64,000 bases of DNA, from assembly GCF_963921235.1 (NCBI RefSeq), contig NC_086097.1, positions 79,362,001 to 79,426,000 on the forward strand. The letters are read 5' to 3'. This document shows positions 51,544 through 63,384 of the stretch, in pieces. Position 1 is the first letter of the stretch. Every line of letters begins with the position of its first letter. The position numbers were made by a program, and so were the translations under genes. The notes under the pieces are model-generated. The model did not search any database. It worked only from the letters and a program-made list of their open reading frames with translations, and had not been told where the DNA came from. Origin of the DNA: Mobula hypostoma. Lineage: Eukaryota.

Positions 51544-53260
51544 TTCTCTGTCTTGGAGGCTGACGTCAGAGTATCCTTCAAGAAGGTGAACCTTTGCCAG
51601 GTGGCAGGTGCAAATGGTGTACGTGCAGGGTACAGAAGACCTGTGCTAACCAACTACCTGGAGTGTTGAAGGACATCTTCAGCCTCTCACTGCTGCTGTT
51701 GGAGGTTCCCAGCTGCTTCAAAAGGGAATCAATTATTGGAAATAACTTGGAAAATGTGTAGTACAGGTGGTTGATGGTTGGGTTGAGTTGTTCACCCATC
51801 TTGGCAATCCATTTGCAAACGCTTCATCACCGTATGAGGAGACATGATTAGTGCACTATTGATTTGTGCTGTGTCTTCCAAATGCTTGGCTTTTATACAC
51901 TTCTCTATCAGCTCATTGGTTGTCATTATGGAAACTTAATTGTGATGTTAGGGAGAGGGGTCTTGTTGCAGATTGGTTGTGCGGTGAACTCTGTGTTGTG
52001 GTTTGGAATTTTGCCCTCGTTGGCTTATAAATAGGATCAAGGTCAAATGAAGATAGAGAGGGGCACACATTTGACTGGGCATCAGTGAAAGTCATGGCGT
52101 AAGCAAACATGTGGCATGTAAGAGAATTCCTAGAAGCATGGTTTTTTGCGAACAATTCTGTAGACCTTAATCCTATTTATAAGCCAATATGGGCAAAATT
52201 CCACTATGCCACATAACCCATCAGCAATGAGACCTCCTCCCTGTAATGACGCCCAGTCAGCTGATTGATAAGTATATAAAAGCCAAGCATTTGGAGAACA
52301 CACCACAAATCAACAGTACATTAATGATGTCCCCTCGTACGGTGATGAAACATTTGCAGATGGATTGCTAAGGTTTGAGAACAACTCTACTCAACCAGGA
52401 ATCAATTACACCAGTGCCTGAGAAAAACAGGGTCATCCAGTAGCACTCACACCTACTGTGATGAAGTACTTTGAGAGTTTGGTTGTGGCTCAAATTAACC
52501 TGCCTAAGCAAGAATTTGGACTGGCTGCAGTTCACCTACCATTGCAACAGGCCTGTAATGGACACAATCTCATTGGCCTTGGAGCACCTAGACAACAACA
52601 AAACATATGCCAAGCTGCAGTTTATCAATTATATCTTGGCATTAAAACCATCATCCCCTCTGTATTGATCAACAAGATTCAAAACCTGGGCCTCTGTACC
52701 TCCCTCTGCAAGTGAATCCTTGGTTTCCTTACTGGGAGACCACAAGCAGTGAGGATCGGAAATAACATCTCCTCCTCACTGACAATCAACACAGGTGCAC
52801 TCCAAGGATGCAAAACTAGCCCACTGCTCTCTCTACCTCCATGGCAGCGTGACTAGGCACAGTTGAAATGACATTTATAACTTTGCTGACGACACCACTG
52901 TTGGCAGAATCTCAAATGGTAATGTGGAGGCATACAGGAGTGAGATAGTTCAGCTAGTTGAGTCATGTCACAACAACCAGCAAGACAAAGGAACTGATTG
53001 TGGACTTCAGGAAGTTAAAATTGGGAGAGCACGTAGCACTCCTCATTGATTGTCATTGAAGGAAAGGAACGAGCAGCCTCAAGTTCCTGGGCGTCGACAT
53101 CTCAGGGGAATTGTCTTGGACCCAACACACTGAGGCAACATGAAGAAGGCAGGTGAACAGCTGTATTCCATAGCAGTTTGAGGTGACTTCATATATTATT
53201 ATATACTTTTTGAGAAGATTTTATATGTCATCAAAGAAATCTGCAAATTTCTACAAATTT
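51544..53260 (+). mobile_element. Rex1/Babar LINE RT region, degenerate, split by a Penelope insert
   Basis: aaggacatcttcagcctctcactg, MKYFESLV, LALEHLDN and tttgctgacgacacc (FADDT). Confidence 0.85.
51736..52397. mobile_element. Penelope-like insertion with inverted pLTRs and GIY-YIG 3' end; 11-bp TSD
   Basis: Inverted arms ~51778-51925 and ~52245-52397. Internal GHTFDWASVKVMA*AN..HVREFLEAWF...VDLNPIYKP. TSD ggaatcaatta at 51725-51735 and 52398-52408. Confidence 0.85.
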
Positions 53261-53574
53261 CTACTTCTTCACTTAAATGGTTGTGCAAATGTGGAATGAG
53301 CTGCCAGCCAGCCAGCTTAAGTGAAAGTTGTAAATTGTAGTTGTCAATTGTAACATTTAAAAGCATTTTGGATAGGTACATGAATGGAAGGGTATGGAGG
53401 AGTTTAGATTCTGGAAAATTGCAAATGCCACTCCATTCTTTAAGAAGGGAGGGAGCCAAAAGACAGGAAGTCAGCCTGACTTCAGTGGTTGTCATTGACA
53501 AGATGTTAGAGTCCATTATTAAGTTGAGATTTTGGGATACTTGGAGGCATATGATACAATAGGCTGAAATCAGT

Positions 53575-54865
53575 ATGCTCCATCTCAGTTCCTCCCTCTC
53601 CGCCACATCTGTTCTCAGAATGAGACTTTCCATTCTGGAAGATCTGAGATGTCCTCCTTCTTCAAAGAATATGGTTTCCCTTCCTCCACCATTGATGCTG
53701 CCCTTATCCACATCTCCTTCATCTTCTGGACATCTGTCCTCATCTCATCTTTCCATTGCCATAACAGGATAGAGTTCCCCTTGTCCTTACCTATCATATC
53801 TCTGCTTCTAGCACATCAATCTCTATAACTTCTGCCATATTCAAGAGGGCTCTACCACGAAACACATCTCCCCCCCCAACCCCCACCCTCTGCTTTCCAC
53901 AGGGTTCACTCTCCCTGTGACTCCCTTGTTCTTTCATCTCTCCCCACTGAGCTCCCTCATGACACTTATCCCTGCAAGCAGGACAAGTGCTACACCTGTC
54001 ACTTCACCTCCTCCCTTGCCCCAAACAGTCCTCCTTCCATGTGAGATGGCACTTCACCAGTGGGATTCGCAGGTTCATCCACCATATCCAGTGCACCCAG
54101 TGCAGCCTCCTCAACACTGGAGAGATTCGGCAAAGATTGGGACCTGCTTTACTCAGTCCACAACAGGCTGGATTTCCTGGTGGCCAGAAATTTCAATTCT
54201 ACTTCCCATTCCCATTCCGACAGTCCATGATGAGGCCACTCTCAGGTTGGAGGAGCAACACCTCAGTTCTATCTGGGTAACATCCAATCTGATGTCATGA
54301 ACATTGATTTCTCTACCTTCCGATAATTTTGCCCCTCTCTCCCTTCCCTCTTTTTCTATTTTCCATCTTGGCTCCCCTTTTAGCCCTTCTCTTTTCCTCA
54401 CTTGCCTATCACTTCCCTCTGGTGTCCCTCCTCCTTTCCTTTTTTCCATGGTCCACTTTCCTCTCCAATCAGATTCTATGTTATTCCACTTGTTACCTTT
54501 TCCACTATTGCCTCCCAGCTTCTCAGCTTATCCCCCCTCTCCCATCCACCCACCTTCCCCCTCACCTGGCTTTACCTATCAACTTCTTACTCTGGCTTCT
54601 TCCCCTTTCCCTTCCAGTCCCAATGAAGGGTAATAGCTTGAAACATCGGCTCTTTGTTCCTGACCTGCTGATTTCCTGTAGCATTTTGTACTTGTTACTT
54701 CTGAGGCTCATCTCAGATTTGACATCAGAAAGCCAAAGCTCTCGTCCTGACGAAGGGACTCGGCCTGTACCTCTTCCTAGAGATGCTGCCTGGCCTGCTG
54801 CCTTCACCAGCAACTTTGATGTGTGTTGCTTGAATTTCCAGCATCTGCAGAATTCCTGTTGTTTG
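53575..54865 (+). mobile_element. Penelope-like element 3' region with tandem pLTR remnants
   Basis: EATLRLEEQHL end-of-ORF motif, pyrimidine tract, and two decayed hammerhead-like motifs (~54616 and ~54744). Confidence 0.75.
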
Positions 54866-55499
54866 CTGTATGCAGTTAATGGCATCTATATAATGCACAA
54901 CCTGCAAGCTTTACAAAACCGATTTCTCACTCTGCCTGTTTCTCGCTGGCAAAGGGAATTGAAATAATGTCAAATTTTCTTAAAGTGAGTCCTAATGAGA
55001 TCCCTAGGCAACGGTAAATAATAAAATGCAAGATGTTGGAAGTATCTCCAGCTCCAGCCTGTAATGATCTCAATGTTCTTAGCCATAATGATCTTGAGAG
55101 AGTCACTCTTGCTCAATTCGTAGCAGATTGTCTATGCGTTATGTACACATTCCAGGTTCAGATCTCAGTCTGTAGACCTTCAACTCAACAAATTACTGCA
55201 GAAACTCCAGAGCAGTGATGAGGGAGTGCCGTACCATCAGAAGACTTTAAGATGAGAAGTGAAACTAAGTCTCTGCTCATTCCTGCAGATCTAAACACAA
55301 TTGTAGCAATGTTTTGAAGGTTAGAGAAATTATCTGTGGTGTTCTGCTGGAACTGATTATCTGGCTACTATCACATAGCTGTGTGTACTTATTGTACACA
55401 AACTAATTGCCACATTTCCAAACGTTACAAGAATGCCTACTGCAAAAAAGCACTTCACTGGCTTTGAGGTACTTTGTAACCTTTTTTTTCAAGAAAAGA

Positions 55500-57970
55500 A
55501 CCTCCAAGAAAAGGAAAGCCTTTTGGTGTCTGGCATAATGATATTGTCAGTAAGGCCAAAAGAGAAGTTTTCTCCAGAGCCAAAGGAAATGTCCAGTGCA
55601 GGATGAGGGACTGAAGACCTGGAAATACAGAGACTGGCAGACTCTGGCAACACGAGAGGCTTCTTAAGTGCCACCAAAGCAGTCTATGGTCCAAGTTACT
55701 GTGGATTAAACTCCTGGTGCTCAAAGGATGGGAAGAGCTTTCTAAAGGACCAGAAGGATATCAATGATCGATGGAGAGAGCACGTTCAAGAACCTCTTAA
55801 CAGTGACAGTGCTGCTGAACTAATGGTTTCGAACCAAACCCTTCAGAGACATGTGAGAGAAGATATGAGGGAACCACCCAGTATGAAAGAGATCCACGAT
55901 GCCCTCAGGATCCTGAAAAGCAACAAAGCCACTGGTCCTGACAGGATCCCAGCAGAGATCCTAAAGAAAGGTGGATCAGCACTCGTGTATTCCAGAAGAT
56001 CTGGGAAAAGGAATAACTGCCCTCAAAGCTCAGGAATGCTCTAAAAGTGACCATATTCAAGAAGGGAGGCAAAGAAGATTGGGGCAATTACAGAGGACCT
56101 TCCTGTCAAAACCAGGCAAAGTGCTTGCAAGTATCCATGTCAACCAACTCTTTCCGCTACCTGAAGAAGTACTCCCTGAATGTAGTGTTGTTTCTGCCCA
56201 TCTAGTGATACTGCAGACATGATCTTCACAGCATGCCAATTCCAGGAAAGATGTTGTGGACAACATTGGTTCCTTAAGGTTGTCATAGCCAGGGGCAGGT
56301 GAGTGGAGGAGGTAGTGGGATTAAGCTCCCACTACATATTAAATTTTCCCAATGGCATGCATCTCAACTAGTCTCTGACAACCAAATCCAGCTCCTGCAC
56401 TTCAAGTGCAGCTTAGTTACTGAGCCCAGCAGAACCATTCCTACTGACAGAGGAAGAGGCAAAGGTGGGCTACTGTCACCTTAAAACCAGTTGCTAATGG
56501 GATTCATCAGCCGAGGTTGACGACTCATCTAGGAGAAGGAAAACTCTGACCTCAAACTTCTGCTGCCTTGCGGGTATACCCTCCCATGGGGAAGACTTTG
56601 GGAGTAAACCCTGATGAACAATCCAGAGCTGGAGTCTCGAAGGTAGTCCTACGCTGAGTTCATCACTGACTGGCAACTCATAGGAAGCCACTGGTGCTAA
56701 ACTGTCTCAGTCTCTGCCGCTCCAATGGATTCATCAGCTGTATGGAGAGAGGGAGCTGCTGCATGGGCAACAGCTTGATCTTCATATTGTACTGACCTGG
56801 CTTGCGTATCACATAGAGAGCTTGGAAACAACATCCACAGTCCACACTGACCAACGAAGGGCCCAGTTGTGAACAAAGGGACCTCGTGCACCTAATAAAC
56901 TGGCCATTGAGTGTATGTTTATGGTTTTCCATTGCTGTAGCCCATCCACTTCAGGGTTCAATATTTATATGTTCAGAGATGCTTTTCTGCACATCACTAT
57001 TGTAATGCATGGTTATTTGAACTACTATATCCTTCCTGTCAGTTGGAATCAGTCTGGCCGTTCTCCACTGACCTCCCTCATTAACAAGGCTCTTTTACCC
57101 ACACAACTGCTGCTCACTGGATGCGTTTTGTTTTTTTTTGCACCATTCTCTGTAAATTCCAGAGACTATTGATCATGAAGATCCCAGGAGGTCAGCGGTT
57201 TCTGGAACACTCAAACCTGCCATCATTCAATGCTTGAAGACACGTAGATCACATTTCTTCTTCACTCAGATATTTGGTCTGAACAACAACTGAACCTCTT
57301 GACCATGTCTGCATGCTTTTATTCACTGAGTAGCTGCCACATGATTGGATTGATTGGCTGAATAGATATTTGCATTAATGTACAGGTGTACCTAATAAAG
57401 TAGCTATTAAGTGTAGATTTGGCAAAAGCATTTGATACAGTCGATCGCCAAGCACGCGGGCATTTACTATCAAGACATGGTTGCCCTGACAGGTACTTAC
57501 AGAGACCTAGGCTACTGCATGATGGTATGTCAGCCACAGTTCTCAGTAACAGCAGTACTGAATGAGAACCCTTCACTGTTAAGACAGGAGTTAAACAGGG
57601 TTATATCATTGCACCCACCCTACTAGGCATTTTTATTGCTGCCATCCTTCAACCTATTGGCCAAGACCTGCCACAGGGAATCCCAATTGTGTGCAGAATG
57701 GACCACAGGCTTTCCAACCTCTACCAGTTTAAGGCCAAGGACAAGGTCTGCACCATCACTATCATAGAGCTTCAGTATGCAGATGACAATGCCATTGCAG
57801 CACACTTTGAAGTAGACTGCCTAATGTATCCTGAGTGCCTTTGTCAAGGCATATAGGGCCCTGGGTCTTGTTTTGAATATAAAAGTCACAGGTCCTATAT
57901 CAGCCGCCGCCCAACCAGCCATTTATCCAGACCTCCATAAAAGTTGAGGGTGTCACACTTGAAAATGGAG
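55500..57970 (+). mobile_element. RTE-clade LINE, degenerate, with nested inserts (~56270-57414)
   Basis: RWREH, KSNKATGPDRIPAEILKKGG, WGNYRG, DLAKAFDTVDR, GVKQG and LQYADD motifs in order. Confidence 0.85.
56886..57414 (-). mobile_element. Non-autonomous Tc1/mariner element
   Basis: TIR-like acctaataaa(c/g)t.gc.att.agtgta at ~56890 and ~57390. The minus strand carries a decayed Tc1 N-terminal HTH region (KKCDL...ETADLLG). Confidence 0.75.
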
Positions 57971-57974
57971 ACCA

Positions 57975-58478
57975 CGGCAGCGGAGAAGGCACCGTGGACT
58001 GACATGTCGGAGTCTACTACCTCATCCACTGCCATGATGAAGTCGCACTGAGGCTGGAGGAGCAACATCTTATATTCCGTCTGGGTAGCCTCCAACTTGA
58101 TAGCATGAACATCAATTTCTTGAACTTCCGGTAATTACACCCCCCCTCACCATTCCCCATTCCCATTTCCCTCTCTCATCTTATCTCCTTACCTGCCCAT
58201 CATCTCCCTCTGGTGTTCCACCCCCTTCCCTTTCTTCCATGGTTCTTTATTCCTTTCACCAATCGACTTCCCAGCTCCTTACTTCAGCCCCCCGCTTCTC
58301 CCGGTTTCACTTATCACCTACTACCTTGTACTTCTTCCCTCCCCACCCCACCTTCGTACCCTGACATCTCATCTCTTTTTCCCAGTGCCGGTGAAGGGTC
58401 TCGGCTGGAACATCGGCTGTTTACTCTTCTCCACAGATGCCGCCTGGCCTGATGAGTTCTTCCAGTATTCTGTGCGAT
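57975..58478 (+). mobile_element. Penelope-like 3' fragment with pLTR
   Basis: Near match to 14110-14600 (gagcaacatcttatattccgtctgggtagcctccaac); decayed hammerhead at ~58383-58420. Confidence 0.75.
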
Positions 58479-60329
58479 GTAGGTGGGAGCATGTACATGA
58501 GATCATTGATCAGTTTGTTTGTTTTGTTGACATTGAAGGAAATGCTGTTCCCATGACAACATGTTATGTTTTGTAACTTCAAAACATTAAACTAATGCAA
58601 AAGAAGACGTGTGTCAAACTTCGAATTTACTTAAAGCGAGACGCACATGTATCCCGTGGTAACATGACCATGTATGTAATTCATTTATCTATACGTATAA
58701 CTCGTAATGAATTATATGAACAAACCAAGAATGATTAATCAACCAATATATTTACAAGATTAATCAAATATTTCTGAAATATTAAATACACAACACTCCT
58801 CCCTACAAACTCCAACTCAATAGAGAATCCATCTCAACTTATATACACAATATATTATATAGTAAACTACTATATACAGACAACCTCAGTATAGTAAATT
58901 TTAAATTGTCCCATTCAGGCCAAAAGATTTAATCACTGTGTAGGATAACATCTTTCCTGATAAGGGGGATCATCCTGCTTGGCAGGTGAGACTCGTGGCT
59001 GCGAAACAATCCCAGATTTTGGGGCCTCCTCTGTGGTGGCTGTAAAACATGACCTACAGCCACCACGGAGGAAATAGTTCTGATAGTGGTAGCCAACTTT
59101 CTTCTCTAACAATTAACTCTGCTCTCCTCAAATGATCGGTGTGTCATCTCCAGATGATATCAGACGCAATTTTCACAGTGTAGGAGAATGATCCAATTCT
59201 GTCCTTAATCCTACCATGTATCCACTTTTGATCACCTCTGTAGTCCCTCCCAGGGTGATCTTTCTGGGAGTGAAACATTGAATCTCCTTGTTTGAGGAGC
59301 ATCCAATCTGTCTCAGCTGTTTGTCCTGCAAACTCCTTCTTAGACCGGGATGTAGATGGGTGGCGTGGTGCAGATGTAATATGTCTTATTCCATTCTCCT
59401 TTAGGAATGATCATCAGAACTGTTCCCCCACAAACTGTGTGGTCCATTGTCATTGACTTAGTGTTCTATAACATCAATCCTTGCAACGAGGCTTCTCAAT
59501 ACATCAACAGTGTGCGAGACTGTAGTGGAGGCTATCGGAAACATTTCTGCCCACTTTGTAGCTGCTTTCACTACTACCTAGAAATTTGCCCTATTGAATG
59601 ATCTGGCAAAATCCACATGAATCCTCTGCTAGGGCAATGCAAGCCATTCCCAGGGATGAAGAGGTGCTGCTCTTGGCATCTCATACAGTGCATGGCAAGC
59701 TGCTCAATCTGCTGAAATATTCCCAGGCCACCAGACAAATCCTTGGCCAATGCTTTCATTTAAACCACGCATGTAGCTCCTCCAACACTTTAACTCTCAG
59801 TTTGGGTGGTACAACAACTCTCAATCCCTGCACAAGGTAACTTTCATCAGGGCAAGTTCATCTTGGTGCTGGTAAAATGGGGAAACTGGAGTTTCGGTTG
59901 CACATTCCAGCCGTTTTGAGTGCCACGTAGACCTGAGACAGTATGGAGTCTTTTCTGGTTTCCCTTTGGATTATATTTGCTGTAGTTGGGAGACTTTTGA
60001 TTTGCATTAGGGAGAATATGTCTAGAGCAGTGCTTTCTTTAGTAAATTTTTCCAGTGCTTCCTTTTCCAAGACTAATCAGAATAATCCATCAGGATTTCC
60101 ATGATTAGTCATCCTCCTGAATTCAATTTGTAATTGTATCTTCTAAGAAACAGAGCCCATCCTGCATTCTTGCTGCTGTGAGTGGAACACTCTCCTGTGG
60201 ATTGAAACTGGAGACTTGCGGTTGGTGATCAGTAACAAATGTAGACTCTCTCCCATAAAAGTACTAGTTGAAATGTTTTACACCCCAAACCAGACTGCAA
60301 AAAAGCCTCAGCTAAGTCCACTTTGCTGA

Positions 60330-60530
60330 CAACACACATAAAGGTTGCTGGTGAACGCAGCAGGCCAGGCAGCATCTATAGGAGGAGACATAGTCACCGT
60401 TTCTGGCCGAGACCCTACAACAAAATGTCGACTGTACCTCTTCCTATAGATGCTGCCTGGCCTGCTGCGTTCACCAGCAATTTTAATGTGTGTTGCCCGA
60501 AATTCCAGCATCTGCAAATTTCCTCGCGTT
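60330..60530. mobile_element. Foldback pair of Penelope pLTR fragments with 13-bp TSD, inside the Gypsy RT
   Basis: Inverted arms ~60330-60397 and ~60428-60497. TSD tccactttgctga at 60317-60329 and 60531-60543. Confidence 0.9.
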
Positions 60531-61670
60531 TCCACTTTGCTGAAGCGTTTTCCTCCAGAAAGGTTTGCAAAGATATCCTCCATTCTGGGCAGAGCGTATC
60601 GATCTACTTTCAGTACTGGGTTGACAATAACCTTAAAATTACCACAGACCTTGACAGACCCATTCTTCTTGGCTTTGCCTGTGGTCTCCAGTCAACCATG
60701 GTAAGAATTATTTTGGCCTCCATATGACCTAGCTCACTGGCTACTTTATCACGGATTGTATAAGGAACCAGTCAGTTTTGTAAAATTTGGGTGTGACATT
60801 TTCATTTAAGACTATTTTACCCTTTATATGTTTGGGTTTTTCAATGCCACCTTGAACATTGCTGTGGCATCATCCAGTATCTTTCTTATTTCACTTTCAT
60901 ATGACTACGTTGCAGTGGATGCGCCATGCAGATGGTGGATAGGTTTCCAATTAGGTTGTAGTTGTCTCAGCCAATCACATCCCCACAATGCTGGTCCTTC
61001 TGTTATTACCACATACAAGCTCAATGTGGCTTGTTGGTTGTTGTGTTTCACTGTTATGAATGTCATTCCCACAGGAGTTATCTTTTCTTCAGTGTAAATT
61101 CTTAGTTGAATAACTGCAGGCTTCGGTTTGATAAATTGAAAATAACGTTCAAATTCATTTTGTACAAACGTAGAATGACAGAAACAGCTGAACCAGTGTC
61201 CAATTCCATTTTAATTAATTTGCTGATCACTTCTGGCATAAGCCATATTGCTCCTCTATTGTTAATTTTCACACTGTAAATCTCAAGGCTACACAATCCC
61301 CTGTCACTCTCATAGGATTTTTCATCAACAGGATAAAGATTAGTGCTCTTTTTGAAACTGGAACTTGACTTTTAATCTTCTTCTTTTTTCTTTGCAGTCC
61401 ATTTATTGTTGTCTGTCTGATATGCTCTTTGTTGCAATTAAAATGTGCATTTGTTTGGTGTATGTAAGCCCCTGCCACAACGGTAAAACAATTTGCTTGG
61501 TCAGGCTGGTTTCTGTTTAGACACCATAACTTTATTCATGCTCACTTTCATTCCTAACTGCAACTCAATGACATCTCTGTCTGCGGTTTCCATTGCTCTT
61601 TTAAAAGTAAGTTGTGCTTCAGTTAGGAGCTGATCTTGAATGCTTTCTTTTAAGATTGCACAATCTAACT

Positions 61671-62931
61671 CAGGGGTCCCCAACCTTTTTTGCACTGCGG
61701 CCTGGTTTAATATTGACAATATTCTTGCAGACCAGCTGACCCGGGGGGGCAGGGTGGATAGGGTTGTCAATGGACAAGAGTAGCAGTCAAATACATTGTG
61801 TTTACCCAGAAAAGACTACAATGACCATGAAGCCTTGCACGGGCACCAGTGCGCATGCGTGGCCTCTGCATGGGTGTCCCTGCCGATTATTTTCCCTGCC
61901 GATTTTTTTCCCTGCAAATCGTTTTTGGTGATTCTGTTCGGAGGGGGGTGGGGATGATGTTAATCACGACCGGAATATAGGTGCTAAGTGGCTAATACAC
62001 TCAATTTCGTTTCTAAAAGGGTTTATCTAACGAATTTAATATTAAACACACAGCGCATATTTTCCTCGCATGAATATAGTGATAAGTCAATTATCAGGGG
62101 AGGACAGGGGAGCTTGAAGTAAGTGTTGAACGAACTTCCAGTAGGAGTGGTAGAGGCAGGTTCGATATTATCACTTAAAGAAAAATTGGATAGGTATATG
62201 GACAGGAAAGGAATGGAGGGTTATGGGCTGAGTGCAGGTCGGTGGGACTAGGTGAGAGTAGCGTTCAGCACGGATCAGAAGAGCTGAGATGGCCTATTTC
62301 CATGCTGTAATTGTTATATGGTTATATAAGTAAGTCAATAGCATCATAACATTTTAAGTAACATTTGGATATTAAGCACACAGCATATATTTTCCCCTAT
62401 GAACATATAAAATCATTGCAACACACCAATATCGCTGAATAAGTGGGAACCCTGGGCTTGTTTCCCTGCAACAAGACGGCCCCATCGAGGGGTGATGGGA
62501 GACAGTGATACTCGAAGGAGGTTCCTTATGTCCAGTCTATTCTGCAATTTAGTTTTTGTTGCATTCATTGCAGAAAACTCCGCTTCGCAGATAAATGTTG
62601 GAAATGGAAGCAATGTTTTCAGTGCTTTTGTGGTTATCTCAGGATATTTAGCCTTGACTTTGATCCAGAATGCCGGCAGAGATGTTACATCAAACATACT
62701 TTTCAGCCCACCGTCATTAGCAAGCTCGAGGAGTTGATCTCCTTCCCGTGTTGACTTGGATGACGCGTGGGTAATGACCTCGCGTGCATTCAAGCTCAAC
62801 AGTAGGCGTGACGGGGAATGAGAGAAGGTGCAGCTGACTCATATCACCAAATCATATCGTTTCGTCGTGGCCCGGTAGCACATGCTTTACAGCCCAGTAC
62901 CGGTCCGCGGCCCGGTGGTTGGGGATCGCTG
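61671..62931 (-). mobile_element. Internally deleted Charlie/Buster-type hAT element retaining the transposase C-terminal dimerisation domain and an internal CR1 3' fragment
   Basis: TIRs caggggtccccaacc / ggttggggatcgctg, TSD atctaact/atctaaac. ORF 62413-62799 FWIKVKAKYPEITTKALKTLLPFPT.ICEAEFS...KQAQGSH. CR1 tail at ~62120-62327. Confidence 0.9.
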
Positions 62932-63384
62932 ATCTAAACAATCTCTCAGTGCATCATTGAAATCGTTACTGAACTGAAAATGCTCAGATAATCTCGTCAA
63001 TTCAGCGACATACACTGAAATGAACTCTCCTTCTTTTTGATCTTGCTTATGAAACTTAAAGCATTCTGCAATCAACAATGGTTCTAAATGTTCCTCCATT
63101 GCTTTGACAATATCACCAAATCTGATTTATGCTGGTTTGGTTGGAGCACTAAGACTTTGAAGTGAACTGTATGCCTTTAAACACAATGCATTCAGCAAAA
63201 TTGGCACACGTTTCTCATTGACTATTTCAATCGCTTGAAAATATTGCTGAATTAGTTCAGTATACATGAGCCTGTTACCTGTTGTGTAATCAAACTGTCA
63301 ATCTTTCCAATGTGTCCAGCCATTTCTGCTTTTTATATGACTATTATCACCCAGTACTCACTATTTATGAACCTGACTATTTAT

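Larger units (their letters stand above)
58562..63375 (-). mobile_element. Gypsy LTR retrotransposon (Mag / K02A2.6-like), degenerate; 3' LTR 58562-58795, 5' LTR not seen
   Basis: LTR TG...CA with PPT (plus ctcctcccta 58796-58805). gag ATG at 63323 and LIAECFKFHKQDQKEGEFISVYVAEL, protease MELDTGSAVSVI, RT EDIFANLSGGKRFSKVD, integrase-side IQRETRKDSILSQV. Confidence 0.9.

Noticed and set aside
54329..54967. 212-aa hydrophobic ORF and similar Leu/Pro/Ser-rich ORFs (14240, 12813, 58213)
   Set aside because: They are translations of the pyrimidine-rich tract of Penelope-like repeats, not membrane proteins.
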